This document shows, piece after piece, positions 31,143 through 43,259 of a stretch of DNA of 64,000 nucleotides (positions are counted from its first letter, which is position 1; every line of letters starts with the position of its first letter). The translations under genes were made by a program, and so were the position numbers. The notes under the pieces are model-generated. The model was not told the origin of the DNA and did not search any database. It saw nothing but the letters and a program-made list of their open reading frames with translations. Source of the DNA: an uncultured Phycisphaerales bacterium (lineage in GTDB: Bacteria > Planctomycetota > Phycisphaerae > Tepidisphaerales > Tepidisphaeraceae); contig CAVWVQ010000003.1 in NCBI GenBank assembly GCA_963758525.1, positions 1,792,001-1,856,000 on the forward strand, in the 5' to 3' direction.

Positions 31143-32054
31143 ATGCGAAAGTCGGTGTTGTACTTTGCGTCGCCATTTGTCGTTGGGATGCTGTGGGCGA
31201 CGACCCCCGCGTGTCTCGCCGACGATGCAGCCACATCCAACCCCGCCGGGGGCGGAGAGTGGTTTCGTCAGCCGGCTCCCTCCTCAGCTCCGGCCGGCGG
31301 CAGTGCGCCGCAAGGCAACATTGGGGATGACCGCCGCGTCTTCCCTCCGTACAACGACAACGGAGATTATCCGAGCCGCGATTTGCGCGACTGGGTCTTC
31401 GCCAATGCTCACGCCGCCACTGCCCGCGCGATTTTCAGCAGAGCGGAGAATGATCTGGCGGCGGCCTATCGTCGATCGCAACATCAATTTGAACGTTCCA
31501 AAGCCTTTCTCGAAGCATCCGCCGACGAAAAGGATGCCTACGACTCCTACAACGCAGCCCGACAAAAAGCGATGCGGGAGCTGAACGAAGATCCCAAGTA
31601 TCGCGAATTGCTCCGCTTGCGCGATGAACTGGCGGATCAGATCGCAATCAAGCGCGCCAACAAAGAAACGCCCAAGGAAGAGATCCTCGCCCTGGCGACG
31701 CTGAAGATGGAATACGCCTCGGATGCCCGGTCGATGGAAGCCACAGTGCTCAGCGCGGACGCGAATCTCGCTGACGCGCAGAAGCGCATGATGGCCGCGA
31801 GTCGCAAGACCGTGCAGATGCGCGCCGACTACGATGACTCGCTGCGTGATAATCCGCAGATTGCCGCAGCCCGGGAGAATCTTGAGGACGCTCGCATCGC
31901 CCTGATCACCTCGCAGGCATATGTCAGTGGCTCATCCGCGGTTGGCGCCGCGGCCCTCGACTACGCGTACTACCTGCATCGCAACGATGTCGGCCGATAC
32001 GACCCGTACTCCAACGGCTACGGTGCCTCCTCCCCGTATTGGATTCGCTACTAA
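31143..32054 (+). CDS. Secreted helical/coiled-coil hypothetical protein
   Basis: Signal peptide; Ala/Glu/Arg-rich helical body; GAGG RBS. Confidence 0.65.
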   Translation: MRKSVLYFASPFVVGMLWATTPACLADDAATSNPAGGGEWFRQPAPSSAPAGGSAPQGNIGDDRRVFPPYNDNGDYPSRDLRDWVFANAHAATARAIFSRAENDLAAAYRRSQHQFERSKAFLEASADEKDAYDSYNAARQKAMRELNEDPKYRELLRLRDELADQIAIKRANKETPKEEILALATLKMEYASDARSMEATVLSADANLADAQKRMMAASRKTVQMRADYDDSLRDNPQIAAARENLEDARIALITSQAYVSGSSAVGAAALDYAYYLHRNDVGRYDPYSNGYGASSPYWIRY

Positions 32055-32159
32055 ATCGATCGCAGGCGCGTACACTTCCCAGCAGTCACGAGGATTTGCC
32101 GGCCCGTTCCCGAAACGGACGGGCGGGCAAATGGTATTAACTTCAACTGTGGAGGTGTT

Positions 32160-33266
32160 ATGCCGCGACGTGGACCATCCGCCGATTCGTCATTTATTTC
32201 CCGCAGAGGTTTTGTGAAACGCTCCGCAGCAGGGCTCGCGGCCGGCATGGTCTTACCGACCATTCTCCGCGCCCAGGACAAGGCCGGCGCAAAGCCGCTG
32301 ATCGTCGGGCAGGAAGACCACACGTATGAAGTGCTCGACGGCTGGGCAAAGCTCCCGCCGAATATGTCGTTTGGCAACACGCACTCGGTCCTCGAAACCG
32401 CCGACGGCAGGATCGTGATCCATCACACCGGCCACGACTCGACCTGCTTCTTCGATCCGGACGGCAAATTCATCGAAGCGTGGGGCGGCAAGACGTACAT
32501 TGGCAACGCCCACGGGATGGACCTGCGCCAGGAGAACGGCGAGGAATTTCTCTACCTCGCGACCACCGGCATGCACAAGGAGATCAAGACCGATCTCAAG
32601 GGCGAGGTGGTATTCTCCCTCGATTATCCGAAGGACGCCAAGGACGCGGAGGGGAAGCCGTGCTACCCCGATGCCAAGCCGTACAAGCCAACATTCACGG
32701 CCTTTGCTCCCAACGGCGACTTCTACGTCACCGACGGTTACGGCTTAGGCTTCATTCATCACTACAGCATCAAGGGCGATTACATCAGCACCTTTGCCGG
32801 CAAGGGCAACGCCCCGGATCAGACGCAATGCCCTCATGGCATCTTCTGTGACACGCGGACTCCCGATCGTCCGATGCTGCTCGTCGCCGACCGCGAGCAT
32901 CATCGGCTCCAGTATTTCACGCTCGACGGCAAGCTCGATCATCTTGTCACCAATGAGAATCCCCAGCAGGACAAGGACGATTCCGGCAAGCTGCGCCGCC
33001 CCTGCCAGTTCAGCCAGCGCGGCTCCGAGATCCTGATCCCTGATTTGCGCGGACGCGTGACGATTCTCGACAAAGACAATAACGCTGTCGCACAACTCGG
33101 CGACAATCCCGATGTCAAACAACGCGCCAACAACGGGGTGAAGAAAGACAAGACCGTCCCCGGCGCATTCTGCTGTCCGCACGGAGCCACCTGGGACCGC
33201 GCCGGCAATATTTACGTCGTGGAATGGCTGCCGTATGGAAGGGTGACGAAACTTCGGAAGGTGTGA
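32160..33266 (+). CDS. Tat-exported NHL-repeat (PAL-like) beta-propeller protein
   Basis: SRRGFVK Tat motif; FYVTDGYG, PHGI, VADREHHRLQYF, CPHG. Confidence 0.8.
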   Translation: MPRRGPSADSSFISRRGFVKRSAAGLAAGMVLPTILRAQDKAGAKPLIVGQEDHTYEVLDGWAKLPPNMSFGNTHSVLETADGRIVIHHTGHDSTCFFDPDGKFIEAWGGKTYIGNAHGMDLRQENGEEFLYLATTGMHKEIKTDLKGEVVFSLDYPKDAKDAEGKPCYPDAKPYKPTFTAFAPNGDFYVTDGYGLGFIHHYSIKGDYISTFAGKGNAPDQTQCPHGIFCDTRTPDRPMLLVADREHHRLQYFTLDGKLDHLVTNENPQQDKDDSGKLRRPCQFSQRGSEILIPDLRGRVTILDKDNNAVAQLGDNPDVKQRANNGVKKDKTVPGAFCCPHGATWDRAGNIYVVEWLPYGRVTKLRKV

Positions 33267-33273
33267 GTGAAAG

Positions 33274-34173
33274 ATGTTTCCATTCCCTTCGTATGAACAG
33301 CTGCGCGATCTGATTCAACTCGCCCGCCGCGAGGACCTCGGTGACGGCGACGTGACCAGCCGCCTTCTCGTGCCGGAGGAGACCATCGGCGTTGGCACGC
33401 TCATTCAGCAGGAAGTGGGGATCGCCTGCGGATTGCCAATCGTCGAGATGGTCTGCCGGACCTATGACGAACGCCTGCGCGTCGAGCAGATTCCCGGGTT
33501 TCACATGGAAATCATCGAGGGCCGCCTCAGCGATGCGCGGCGGACGCCGCTGCTGCGGATTCGCGGCCCGAAACGATCGCTCCTCTCGGCGGAGCGCGTC
33601 ATCCTGAACTTTCTGCAGCGCATGTCCGGGGTGGCGACGCAGACGCAGCGCTTCGTCCGCCGAGCCACCGGCACGCGCGCGAGAATTTACGACACGCGCA
33701 AAACCATTCCCGGATTCCGCCTGCTGGACAAATACGCGGTGCTCTGCGGCGGCGGACACAACCATCGGATGGGACTGTTCGACGGCCTGCTGATCAAAGA
33801 CAACCACGTGGCATCCATCCCCGTCAAGAACCTCACGACCGAACTGTCGCGCGTCGTCCGGCTGAGCCGCGCGGAAGACGCGAAACGGTTTGTCGAGATC
33901 GAAGTCGACACGCTGGAGCAATTCCGCGAAGTGATCAAAGTGGACGGCGTCGATGCGATCCTGCTGGACAACATGGATTGCCCCACGATGGAAACAGCCG
34001 TGCATCTGCGCGACGGCGCGGCCCGGCGCGGCACACTCGAGCTCGAAGCCTCGGGGGGCGTCACGCTTGAAACGATTCGCCCGATCGCTTCGACCGGCGT
34101 CGAACGCATCGCTGTCGGGGCGCTGACGCACTCGGCAATTTCCCTGAATATCGGCTTGGAAGTCGAGGAATGA
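33274..34173 (+). CDS. nadC: Nicotinate-nucleotide diphosphorylase (carboxylating)
   Basis: EDLGDGDVTS, DTRKTIPGFR, NHRMGLFD, IKDNH, LLDNM, EASGGV. Confidence 0.95.
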   Translation: MFPFPSYEQLRDLIQLARREDLGDGDVTSRLLVPEETIGVGTLIQQEVGIACGLPIVEMVCRTYDERLRVEQIPGFHMEIIEGRLSDARRTPLLRIRGPKRSLLSAERVILNFLQRMSGVATQTQRFVRRATGTRARIYDTRKTIPGFRLLDKYAVLCGGGHNHRMGLFDGLLIKDNHVASIPVKNLTTELSRVVRLSRAEDAKRFVEIEVDTLEQFREVIKVDGVDAILLDNMDCPTMETAVHLRDGAARRGTLELEASGGVTLETIRPIASTGVERIAVGALTHSAISLNIGLEVEE

Positions 34174-34277
34174 GCTTGCACGAGATGCACGACCATCTCT
34201 GCGCGCTACTAGCCGCTCTCCCGGTATTCCGGGAGAGGGCAGGGGTGAGGGTGATTTCGAGCGTGAGAAATCATGGG

Positions 34278-35477
34278 ATGCTCGAAAGAGGTTCATGCGG
34301 AGCCGCTATCCTGCTTTTGTTCGCCGTGGCGGCGCCGGCAATCGCCGCTGCAGCCCAGCCCTTCGGCGATAACGTTGAAATGCGCGGAAGCCTCGACAAC
34401 TCCCGCCTTATGTTTCTGAAAGAGAAGAAAGGGACGGTGGCTTTCCTCGGCGGCTCGATCACGGAGATGAATGGGTATCGCCCGATGGTCTGCGACATCC
34501 TCCAGAAACGTTTTCCTGATACCAGCTTCAAATTCATCAACGCGGGCATCGCCTCGACCACTTCCGCAACCGGCGCATTCCGCCTCGCCAGCGACGTGTT
34601 CGGAGGCGGTCGTGTCGATCTGCTCTTCGTGGAGTTTGCCGTCAACGATGATCAGGACGGTCATTACACGCGGCAGGAATGCATTCGCGCAATGGAGGGA
34701 ATCATCCGCCAGGCGCGGAAAGAGAATCCGAACATCGACATCGTCATGACCTTCTTCGTCAACGAGGGAATGCTCACCACGTTGCAGGCAGGCAAGACGC
34801 CGCTCACGATCGAAGCACACGAAGCGGTCGCGCAGCATTACGGCATTCCGACGATCAACCTGGCAAGAGAAGCGGCGCAGGAAATCACCGCCGGGACGCT
34901 CACCTGGAAAAAGTATGGCGGCGTTCACCCCGCGCCGTTCGGAAACGCCATCTGCGCGAAAATGATCGACGAGCTGCTCAACCGCGCCTGGACGGCGCCG
35001 CTGGCGAACGATGCCGCATTCGTCGCACACGCGATGCCTCCCGCACCGCTCGATCCGCTCAACTATGAGCGCGGCCGGTTCGTCGAACTCGAAAGCGCGA
35101 AGATCGCCCATGGCTGGATGCTGGCCGTGCCGGACTGGGCAAACATTCCCGGCGGCAAGCGCGATCGCTTCCTGAAGATTCCGATGTTGTCAGCGACCGA
35201 TCCCGGCGCGGAGCTGTCTTTGGATTTCGAGGGAACAGCCGTCGGCGCTTACGTCGTCGCCGGCCCGGATGCGGGAATCATTGATTCCAGCGTCGACGGC
35301 GGCCCGTTCGCTCCCGTGAATCTATTTCACAACTACAGCAAGGGCCTTCATTACCCTCGCACCGTCATGTTCGCGACGGACCTCAAGCCGGGAAAACACT
35401 CCGTCGTGCTCCGCGTCGCGAGTGACACCAATAGCACTGGCCACGCAGCACGGATCATGCGCTTTGTCGCGAATTGA
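34278..35477 (+). CDS. SGNH/GDSL hydrolase family protein
   Basis: FLGGSITE, NAGI, EFAVND, GVHP blocks; signal peptide. Confidence 0.85.
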   Translation: MLERGSCGAAILLLFAVAAPAIAAAAQPFGDNVEMRGSLDNSRLMFLKEKKGTVAFLGGSITEMNGYRPMVCDILQKRFPDTSFKFINAGIASTTSATGAFRLASDVFGGGRVDLLFVEFAVNDDQDGHYTRQECIRAMEGIIRQARKENPNIDIVMTFFVNEGMLTTLQAGKTPLTIEAHEAVAQHYGIPTINLAREAAQEITAGTLTWKKYGGVHPAPFGNAICAKMIDELLNRAWTAPLANDAAFVAHAMPPAPLDPLNYERGRFVELESAKIAHGWMLAVPDWANIPGGKRDRFLKIPMLSATDPGAELSLDFEGTAVGAYVVAGPDAGIIDSSVDGGPFAPVNLFHNYSKGLHYPRTVMFATDLKPGKHSVVLRVASDTNSTGHAARIMRFVAN

Positions 35478-35690
35478 GGCAGGCGTGCGCGAATTTCCGG
35501 GCAATGACTTCTTGCCTCCTCCCCTCGTACCCGGGGGAATCGTTCATTTGACGCGGCCCGTCGGAACGGACGAACCCCCACCCCAGCCCTCCGCCAGAGT
35601 ACTAGGGGAGGAGGCAAGATCGGGATATCGTCGCGAACAGGCTCCGGAAGTCCGCGCACGCTCGTTGGGCCGCACGAAGAAGCCCTCAAT

Positions 35691-36301
35691 TCAGCGCCGC
35701 CGCTTTGCGCCAGATAAATTCCGACAAACCCGCCGCTGGTGCTGGGGATATGTGCGAGCGCAACTTTTTTGAGACGATCCGCCTGGTCGGTGACCCAGGC
35801 GCTGGCGGTCTTGTACTCGGTGCTCGCCGCGGCGGTCAGATCGACGTTGGCGATGTGGAAATAGGAAAGCGCGCCCAGTGCCGTCGCGAAGAGAGCCGCG
35901 ATCAACGCCGTCAACTTTACAAACAGGCGGGTGATCCAGCCGAGGATGAAACCCAGGACGATGCTGATGCCGACGCGCCCGTACCAAGGCGCCGATTTGG
36001 CCGGGGCTGATGGCGGCGGTGCGATGTCAGGCTCGACTGGCGTGTTGGAATTCGTATCAAACGCGCCAGAGTGAGGCGCCGACCGGAGCGGAGCCGCGGA
36101 CGACGAAGGTGATGTCGTCACGGCGGGCTGGGGCGAGGTGGCCCGTACGACCAGACCAGCGCCGCCCGCGAATGCGGCCAGCGCAAGCAACGTCTTCTGC
36201 CAGCGTGGCAGCGACAATAGATGGCCGAAGAAGAGCGCGAGCAGATGCGCGAGGTGCGCCTTGGGAGCGGGTTGTTGCTCGTTGGGCAATGGCTGGTTCA
36301 C
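35691..36301 (-). CDS. FUN14-like membrane protein; frameshift near 35710
   Basis: GISIVLGFILGWITR..K TM pattern; one added base gives the C-terminus GFVGIYLGAKRRR*. Confidence 0.6.
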
Positions 36302-36414
36302 GGCTGACCGCAGTCCTTCTCTTCAGCGGACGTCCTGCCGCTCACCACCCACTCTGAGGCACAGGTTCGCTTCCTTTGACATCAACTTCCCGGCGTCCCA
36401 CTTGTCAGCGTTTC

Positions 36415-39400
36415 CTATCTGGCCGATGCGCTGGCGCTGGCCGGCGTCGCGTCAGCGCTCAGATCGCCCAGGGCGTACTGGATTCCCGCGAGATAGAACC
36501 TTAAGACAACAGAGTTGGCATAGATTTCCTCGCGGTGGCCCAGCGAGCAATAGAAGACACGGCCTTTGCCGGCCTTGCGAATCCAGGCTACGGCAAAGTC
36601 ATTGTCCGGGCTGCTGCCCTTCTGCTTTGTGCGGCCGGGCATGGTCCAATCCAGGCTCAGCAAGACGTGCTCGCGGGAGCGTGAATAGGGCTGATAGTTC
36701 TGATGTTGCCCGTTGAACATTGGCGTGAACTGGTAGATCTCGTCGGCAACGTCCAGGCCGTTCTTGTCGAACATTTGCGTGAGGGGGCTTGACGGATCGT
36801 CTAGCTTGATGCCGACCTTCTCGTTCCATGGATGGCCGTTGAAGTAGCCGCCGATCAGGTCGCCGTAGGCGGGAAGATTCTTGTATGCATCGGTGGCGGC
36901 GTGAATCCCCGCCAGGCCTTTTCCTTGCGTCTGCACAAATCCCAGGAGGTTTTGCATGCGCTGTGATTCGGCTTGCTTGAACGGCATCAGCCTCTCGTCT
37001 GATGCTGTTCGCTCATCGGGCGTCGCGTTTTTGGGGAGGTTGGCGTTCGGAATCAGGAATTGGCCGGTCGTGCTGACCAAGACGACGGCGTCATACTTCC
37101 CCAGTTCATCGAAGACCGCCGGATCATTGCTGATGGTCGCCGACCACGCACCCGTTTTGGCGCCCGGCGCTGCCACCGTCTGTTCCCCCAGTGGAATCGA
37201 GCTGTGTACAAAGCCGTTGGCGTTGCCATAAACGAGAACGTTGCGCGGGTGAGCGGGCTTCGCCAACGCCTCCTCGGGAAGCGCCGCGTTCATTTTCCGA
37301 AGGTCTTCCGGCTTGGCTTGCGAGACTGCGCTCAGGGCGGTGGTTTGTGCAAGAGCAGCCTGCGCTGGTGGGTGACTTGCCTGGCCCGGGCCGGCTGGCT
37401 GCAACAGTTCCAGTTCGTGAATGGACCAGTACACGCCCTTCTCCGGCGCAAGCGTGCCGGTCTGCGTCAGACGGACGAATCTCGCCTCCGACGGAGCGAA
37501 CATGATCTCCATTACCCCGGGCAGCCCTTTGCCCTGCGACACGGACTTCCATGACTCCTGATCATCCGACAGTTCTATTTTGTACGCGCGGGTGTAGTCG
37601 TTGGGAGATTTGGCCGAGTCGATCGAGACGCCGCCGATCCGCGTTTTCCTTGGCAGCTCGATTTGCACCCACATTCCCGCAGCGAGCTCGCTGCCCGAGG
37701 TCCAGCGCGAATCGCGGTCCCCGTCTGCGAGGAGCCGCGCCGACGAGGAATTGACGCTTGCCGCCACCTTCCAGTCCTTGTTGCCGCCGATCGGCTGGGG
37801 GAACGTGGCGCGGAGTTCGTCGATCGTCCAGGGTTTGCCGCGGGTCTTTGCCTGCGGGCGCAGGGCCGCGACATCGGCGGCGGAGATCATCGTTCCGTGA
37901 TTCCCGAAGCTGTTGCGCACGTAGGAGCTGACCTGGGCGATCCACTTGTCGGCGTTGGTATCCATGGGCACCATTTGCGCCGCGTACTGCGTGCCGCCCA
38001 CCGGACCGCTCAACCCATTGAGCAGGATTTTGACAATTGCATCGCGATGCTCGAGCACTTCGCGCGCCCCCGCCAGCGGCGGAGCCTGCGTTGCGCCGGG
38101 CGCGCCGCCACTCATCGGCATGCCCTTGCCGTCATACCCGTGGCAGGCATAGCAGAGTTCCTGATAGATTTTTTCGCCCTTTTGAAGCTCCACGACTTCG
38201 ACCTTGCTGAAGTGCTTTTCGTCGATGCCCTGCCCTGCGTTGAGTGCCATGGCGCCAATCTCCTTGACGCCGTCGAAGGAAGAACTCGCCAGAACCAGCG
38301 AGGCGAATTGACGGTAATCAGGCCAGTTCAGCAGTTTGCCGGTCATCAAGACCTGCAGGACGACGCCAGGGTCCTTGTCCTTTGCCATGGCCTTGAGATC
38401 GGCGTTGAGCGACGTGTCGCCCTTCTGGACCAGCGATTCGCTGGTGCGCATCGCCGCGATGCGGACCTGGGCCTCGGGGGCCTTGAGCACTGCGCGAACA
38501 AGTGTTGCGTCGAGCGCGCCGAGTCCTTCCAGCGTCCAGAGGGCATGAATGCGCCCAAGCGGGCTTTTGTCGGCACGTGCCATCTGCATGAGCGCGGGAA
38601 CCACGGACTTGTCCCCCTTGAGCACCAGGAGCATCTGCGCCTGATCGCGCCACCATCCATTGGGATGATCAAGATGCGTTACGAGCTGCGCCGCAGTTTC
38701 GTCGAGCATGTGCGGCATCGGGCCGGGTTTCATGCCGTCGTACACCAGCCGCCAGATGCGGCCATGATCCATCACGTTCTGGAAGCCGTATTTCTTCACG
38801 ACTTTCCGCAGGTAGCTTCCCTCATTCACCCAGGCGGCCTGTTGAATAATGCCGCGATACATGTCGGTGATGTAGAGGCAGCCATCGGGGCCGGTGGTGA
38901 TGTTGACGGGACGGAAGTAGGGATCGGTCGAGCGGAGGAACTCCGATTTGTCATAAGCGTTGCGGAGAAATGTCAAACCGTCTTTATTCTCCACCTTCGC
39001 GCGGCGGATGAGCCGGCCGACGGGTTCGTTGATGAAAACATCGCCCTCCATGTCGGCGGGCAGTCGGTCGCCGCGATAGACGGCGATGCCCGCGGTGGCG
39101 GTCAGATGATTCAATGTTTTGTCTTCGGGCCTGAATCGGCTGACGCCTCCCTGCACATCCGCCAGTCCAACGAGCGGCCAGACTTCCTGAAAATCCGCCG
39201 AGCGGTCGTTGGGCAGGTCGAATCCGCCGTAGATGATCGGCGTCTGGTACCGCAGCGGTCCATGTTCGCTGCCGGCGTTGGTAACCCACATCTTTCCGTA
39301 ATCATCCTGCGAGAGGCCCCACTGGCCGCCATTGCTGGGCGTGTGGCCTTCCTGAAGCACTCCTCCGATGTAGCGAAGACGCAGGTCGCTGACGGCCTGA

Positions 39401-39979
39401 TACATCCAATTGTCCAGCCCCCAAATGAGTCCGCTGGGCTGATGCTCGAGATTCCCGCCGCGCGGGCCGCCCTTGTAGAATAGCTCTTTCTTGTCCGCCA
39501 CACCCGCGTGCTTCGTATCGTAGTACGCAAAGATGTCGCTCGTGTTGGTCTCGTTGATCAACACGCGATCGGCAAGAGGCAGCACCTCCCGCGGAGGCAG
39601 GAGTCCCTCGGCGAAGACAGTGTGCTTGTCGTAGACGCCGTCCCCTTTGGTGCTTTCATGCAGCGACACCCGGTTGACGGGGTTCATTTCACCCGTGGCA
39701 TCAATGTCCTGCATGTAGGTGCGCATCTCGCCGACATACATCCTCCCGTTTCCGTCGAAGACGGTGACCACCGGCTCCTTAATCACCGGATCGCTGAGAA
39801 CCAGTTCCATGTGGTAGCCGAGGGGGAGCTGGAATGTTTTGGCTTCCTCAGCCGGAGAAAGAATCGGAGGGGGTTGGGCGGGCGCAGTCGGAATCCGGCG
39901 GATTCCGATCGGCCGCGAATAGCGATGCGCATGCCGTGAAAAGCCCGCCCCACACGGTACAAATGACAATCTTCCTCAT
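36415..39979 (-). CDS. PVC-type heme-binding (CxxCH) dehydrogenase-like protein with HEAT repeats, cytochrome c, discoidin and C-terminal ThuA domains; frameshift near 39893
   Basis: Signal MRKIVICTVWGGLFTACASLFAA in the adjacent frame; LSPAEEAKTFQLP; CYACHG; ThuA GFVHSSI..GIHAATD..FYCSLGH. Confidence 0.85.
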
Positions 39980-40154
39980 TAACCACCTCGAAAAGCCAAC
40001 CTGCGATTTTTTCCAAATTTCGCGAGCGACTCCGAACATTTCACCATTTCCCTGATTCGCGTTGCATGGAAACTGATCGCGCCGCGCGACGGTGTGATCC
40101 GCAGTTGATCGCATTGATGACCGCGCTCATCATCCATGCGATCACAGGCGGTCA

Positions 40155-41259
40155 TCAGCGGAAATCGATATCCATCGAGATACGCAGCAGATCGCCACTG
40201 GCTTAGAATTCAGCTGATTGTGAGCTCGCCGATCGCGCAACTGAGCCGTTGCTCAGAATCGGCTGAGTATCGACATGACCATCGACATACAGAATATTCA
40301 TCTTTCCGTGGTGTCGAGCGAGATCAAAGACACCGGTGCCGCCGTTCTTTCCAGCGGTCGGGTTGCTTGCGGATCCTTACCGTTGTACACGTCGCCCAGA
40401 TGGTTACCTGGGCCGGTCACCCAGAACGCCAGACTCAGCCGCTGCCGCCCGGCTCGGCGACCCACGTGTTTACGTTGCCGTCAGCCATCAGCATGGTGTC
40501 CGAAGGGTTAGGGATGATCGCAACATTGCCGCGGGCGCGGCTGTAGCCGGTAACACTGTTATATCCGTTATCGTTCCACCCCAGTATCTCGTCATTGAAG
40601 CCATAGCTGGAGTACCCGTTGGTGTAATTGCCGCCGAAGGTGCAGTTCCACCACCGCGCGCCGTTGCCATATGGATTATGCACCGTCGGATCCCCGTTAT
40701 CCGCAGCCATCACGGCATCCTCAGGTTCCCATTTGGCTGCAATAAGCTCCTCATTTGCAGGACAAGTGAAATAAGCCCGGAGCGGCAGCGTGTTGGCATA
40801 TGCATCTTCCCATTTATATCCCTGGCCCGGCATCGAGCTGCTGGGAAGCCCCAGGTAAACCGATAGCGCGCACGGAAGCGCGTCCAACACCAGAGTGGTG
40901 GGCGTGGTCGTGCTGTTATTAAAGTAATCGTATCGCTGCATCGTCCCGTCCCCCAAACCCTTGGGAGAGGCGGTATTCGTGGCTCCGTTATAGATCAAGC
41001 CCGAGAGCGGGAAAAAACCGCGGTGCTCATTGGAATGCATCATCATCGCCTGACCGAGTGTGCGAAGATTCGCCTGGCACTTGATCGTCTGAGCCGATCG
41101 CCTGGCGGCCGCGAGGGCCGGCATGAGAATTCCAATCAGCACGGCGATAATGCCGATGACGACCAGCAATTCCAAAAGGGTAAAACCATAACGAGGTGCA
41201 GGTTTGAAAAAGCAGCCGCGCGGAGCGGAGTCGAACCTGATTGGGCGTGCTGTGCTCAT
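40155..41259 (-). CDS. DUF1559 prepilin-type N-terminal cleavage/methylation + H-X9-DG protein; ~3 frameshifts in the 3' part
   Basis: GFTLLELLVVIGIIAVLIGILMPAL; shifted frames give RHHGKMNILYVDGHV and the terminal ISMDIDFR*. Confidence 0.85.
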
Positions 41260-41333
41260 ATGACGTCACCCTTTCTCTAACCGCCGCCCAAGGGGCCGGC
41301 GACCGACCGATTAGGGGATTCACCGTATGATGT

Positions 41334-41361
41334 ATTTGCAGTTCGCCTGAAAAACATTACA
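41334..41361 (-). promoter_or_regulatory. Putative ECF-sigma promoter TGTAATGTT-N13-GCAAAT
   Basis: Exact motif ~75 nt upstream of the 41259 start. Confidence 0.7.
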
Positions 41362-41479
41362 TCGTAAATGCTTTTTTTTCGTGCCAAAAGCCGCGTGGGC
41401 GAACGATTTGGCTGAGCCCAGTTTAGCGATCTCATCCTTTATCTGGTCCCAGGAGCAACTTCGCGGACCGCAGGCCGCG

Positions 41480-42079
41480 TCAGCGGCGTGCACCTGTTTC
41501 CTCATCGGTCGGCATGACATGGGTGATTCCACTGATTCCTTCCGGGCACACGGGGATCTGCGTTTTGAGGTAATTTTTCATCTCAGCTGAACCACCTGGT
41601 GCGTCCGGTAAGAGCCACGTCGAGTCGCCCGGCTTCTTGACCAGCATTGGCGCCTGCAGCAAACCAGCTAATTGTTCGGGATGCCTGGCTGCGGTCGACT
41701 CAATTTCGTTCCGCTGCTTGTCTGCGTATTTCTGAAGGTAAGCGACAAATATCTTCCCGGTTCCGCAGCGATACACTTCGGCCTCGCAGGCAGATTTTCC
41801 GTCGTGATCGAATGGCGGAATCTGAGTGCTGCTATCGATGAACCACGTGCGACCGTCGTCATCAGAATAAAATCGCGAGTTCTGCAGACGCCGGCTGGGT
41901 CCTCGCGGAATGACTTCGTTGAAAACTAGAAATACTGCCAGCCCCAGGATCAAAATCGCGGCCCACATAAAGACTGACTGCCTCTGGCGGATGCTCGAAT
42001 GCCCATGCGTTCTGCCGCGCACGATTACTGCGAATCGGTTAGAGAAGAAGCCGGTCCCCGACGGCAGCCCCCGGGTCAT
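41480..42079 (-). CDS. Single-TM hypothetical protein coupled to the DUF1559 gene
   Basis: TGATG overlap with the upstream stop; TM followed by FYSDDDGRTWF..IPPFD and two Cys. Confidence 0.7.
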   Translation of the reverse strand: MTRGLPSGTGFFSNRFAVIVRGRTHGHSSIRQRQSVFMWAAILILGLAVFLVFNEVIPRGPSRRLQNSRFYSDDDGRTWFIDSSTQIPPFDHDGKSACEAEVYRCGTGKIFVAYLQKYADKQRNEIESTAARHPEQLAGLLQAPMLVKKPGDSTWLLPDAPGGSAEMKNYLKTQIPVCPEGISGITHVMPTDEETGARR

Positions 42080-43186
42080 CAGCGAAAATCGATATCCATC
42101 GAAATATGCTGCAACTCACCACTGGGGGAATTTCCCGGAGTGAGAATAGCTCCCGAAGTCGTGAAACTGCCGTTGCTCAGAATCGTGACGGTCTCTACAT
42201 GACCATCAACAATAGAATATTCATCTTTCCGCGGTGACGCTGCAGGTCGAACAGTCCCGAACCGGCGGTCGTGTGGCTGCCGTCCGTGCCGACATACACT
42301 TGCCCCAGAGAATTATTCGGGCCGGTCACCCATGCACCCAACGTGTTCCCGCTGCCTCCGGGCTCCGCAGTCCAACCCTTGCAGTTGGCATCGCACATCA
42401 GCATGGTGTTATCAGCGTGAGGAATGCTGGCAAGGTTCCCGCGGGCGCGGGAGTGGCCGGTCACCGAATTGAAGCCAATCGTTCATCCAGCCAAAAATTT
42501 CCTCGTTAAAGCCGTAGTCCGACCAACCGTTGAGATAAGTCCCGCCTTGGTGGCAGTAGAGCCATTTTGGGCCGGCTCCATATGGATTCGAACTCAGGCC
42601 CGAGCTGGCGAATGTCGGCGTCGGCCTGGGTGAAATTGGTGAGGATTGTTTCGTCTGATGGGCAGATGAAGTGATCGCGCAATGGGGAGGAATTTGTGAG
42701 TTGATTCGCCGATTGGTACCCCATTGTTAAGGAGCTGGTGCTCGGCAGGCCCAGATACGTTGCGATCGATGCGGGCAATGCGTTAACGCAGAGATAACCT
42801 CCGCCCGCGGCATTGGCGTAGTAGTCATACCGTTGCATGCTCCCGTCTCCCAAGGGAGTTGGATTATCCGGGATCGTGCCGCTTCCGCTGACATCAATCA
42901 CGCCCGCGAGCGGCATATAACCTCTATGGTCGTTTGCGTGCATCATCAATGCCTGGCCGAGTGTTCGCAGGTTCGAGGCGCACTTGATCTGCTGGGCGCT
43001 GCGCCGGGCAGAAGCCAGGGCCGGCAGAAGAATTGATATGAGCAACGCGATGATACCAATGACAATTAATAGCTCGACAAGTGTAAATCCGCTGTTCCGG
43101 CCGCGAGCCGCAGAGAGATTAGCCGGCTCGGACGAGAAAGCCGCACCCGGCGGCGGTGATCGTCTCTCTGAAGGATTCATATCCAC
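42079..43186 (-). CDS. DUF1559 prepilin-type + H-X9-DG protein; several frameshifts
   Basis: [48 protein letters not shown]; ends ISMDIDFR*. Confidence 0.85.
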
Positions 43187-43259
43187 ACCTCCACCAGTTT
43201 AGTGCCGGCGTTTATTCACCAATTGAACCTCCCTCTCAGCGCCGGTAACGACTGTAATC

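Noticed and set aside
39930..39969. GTGGGGCGGGCTTT as a REP interrupting the CxxCH gene
   Set aside because: It encodes the signal peptide (TVWGGLF) in the neighbouring frame; a 1-nt indel explains the break
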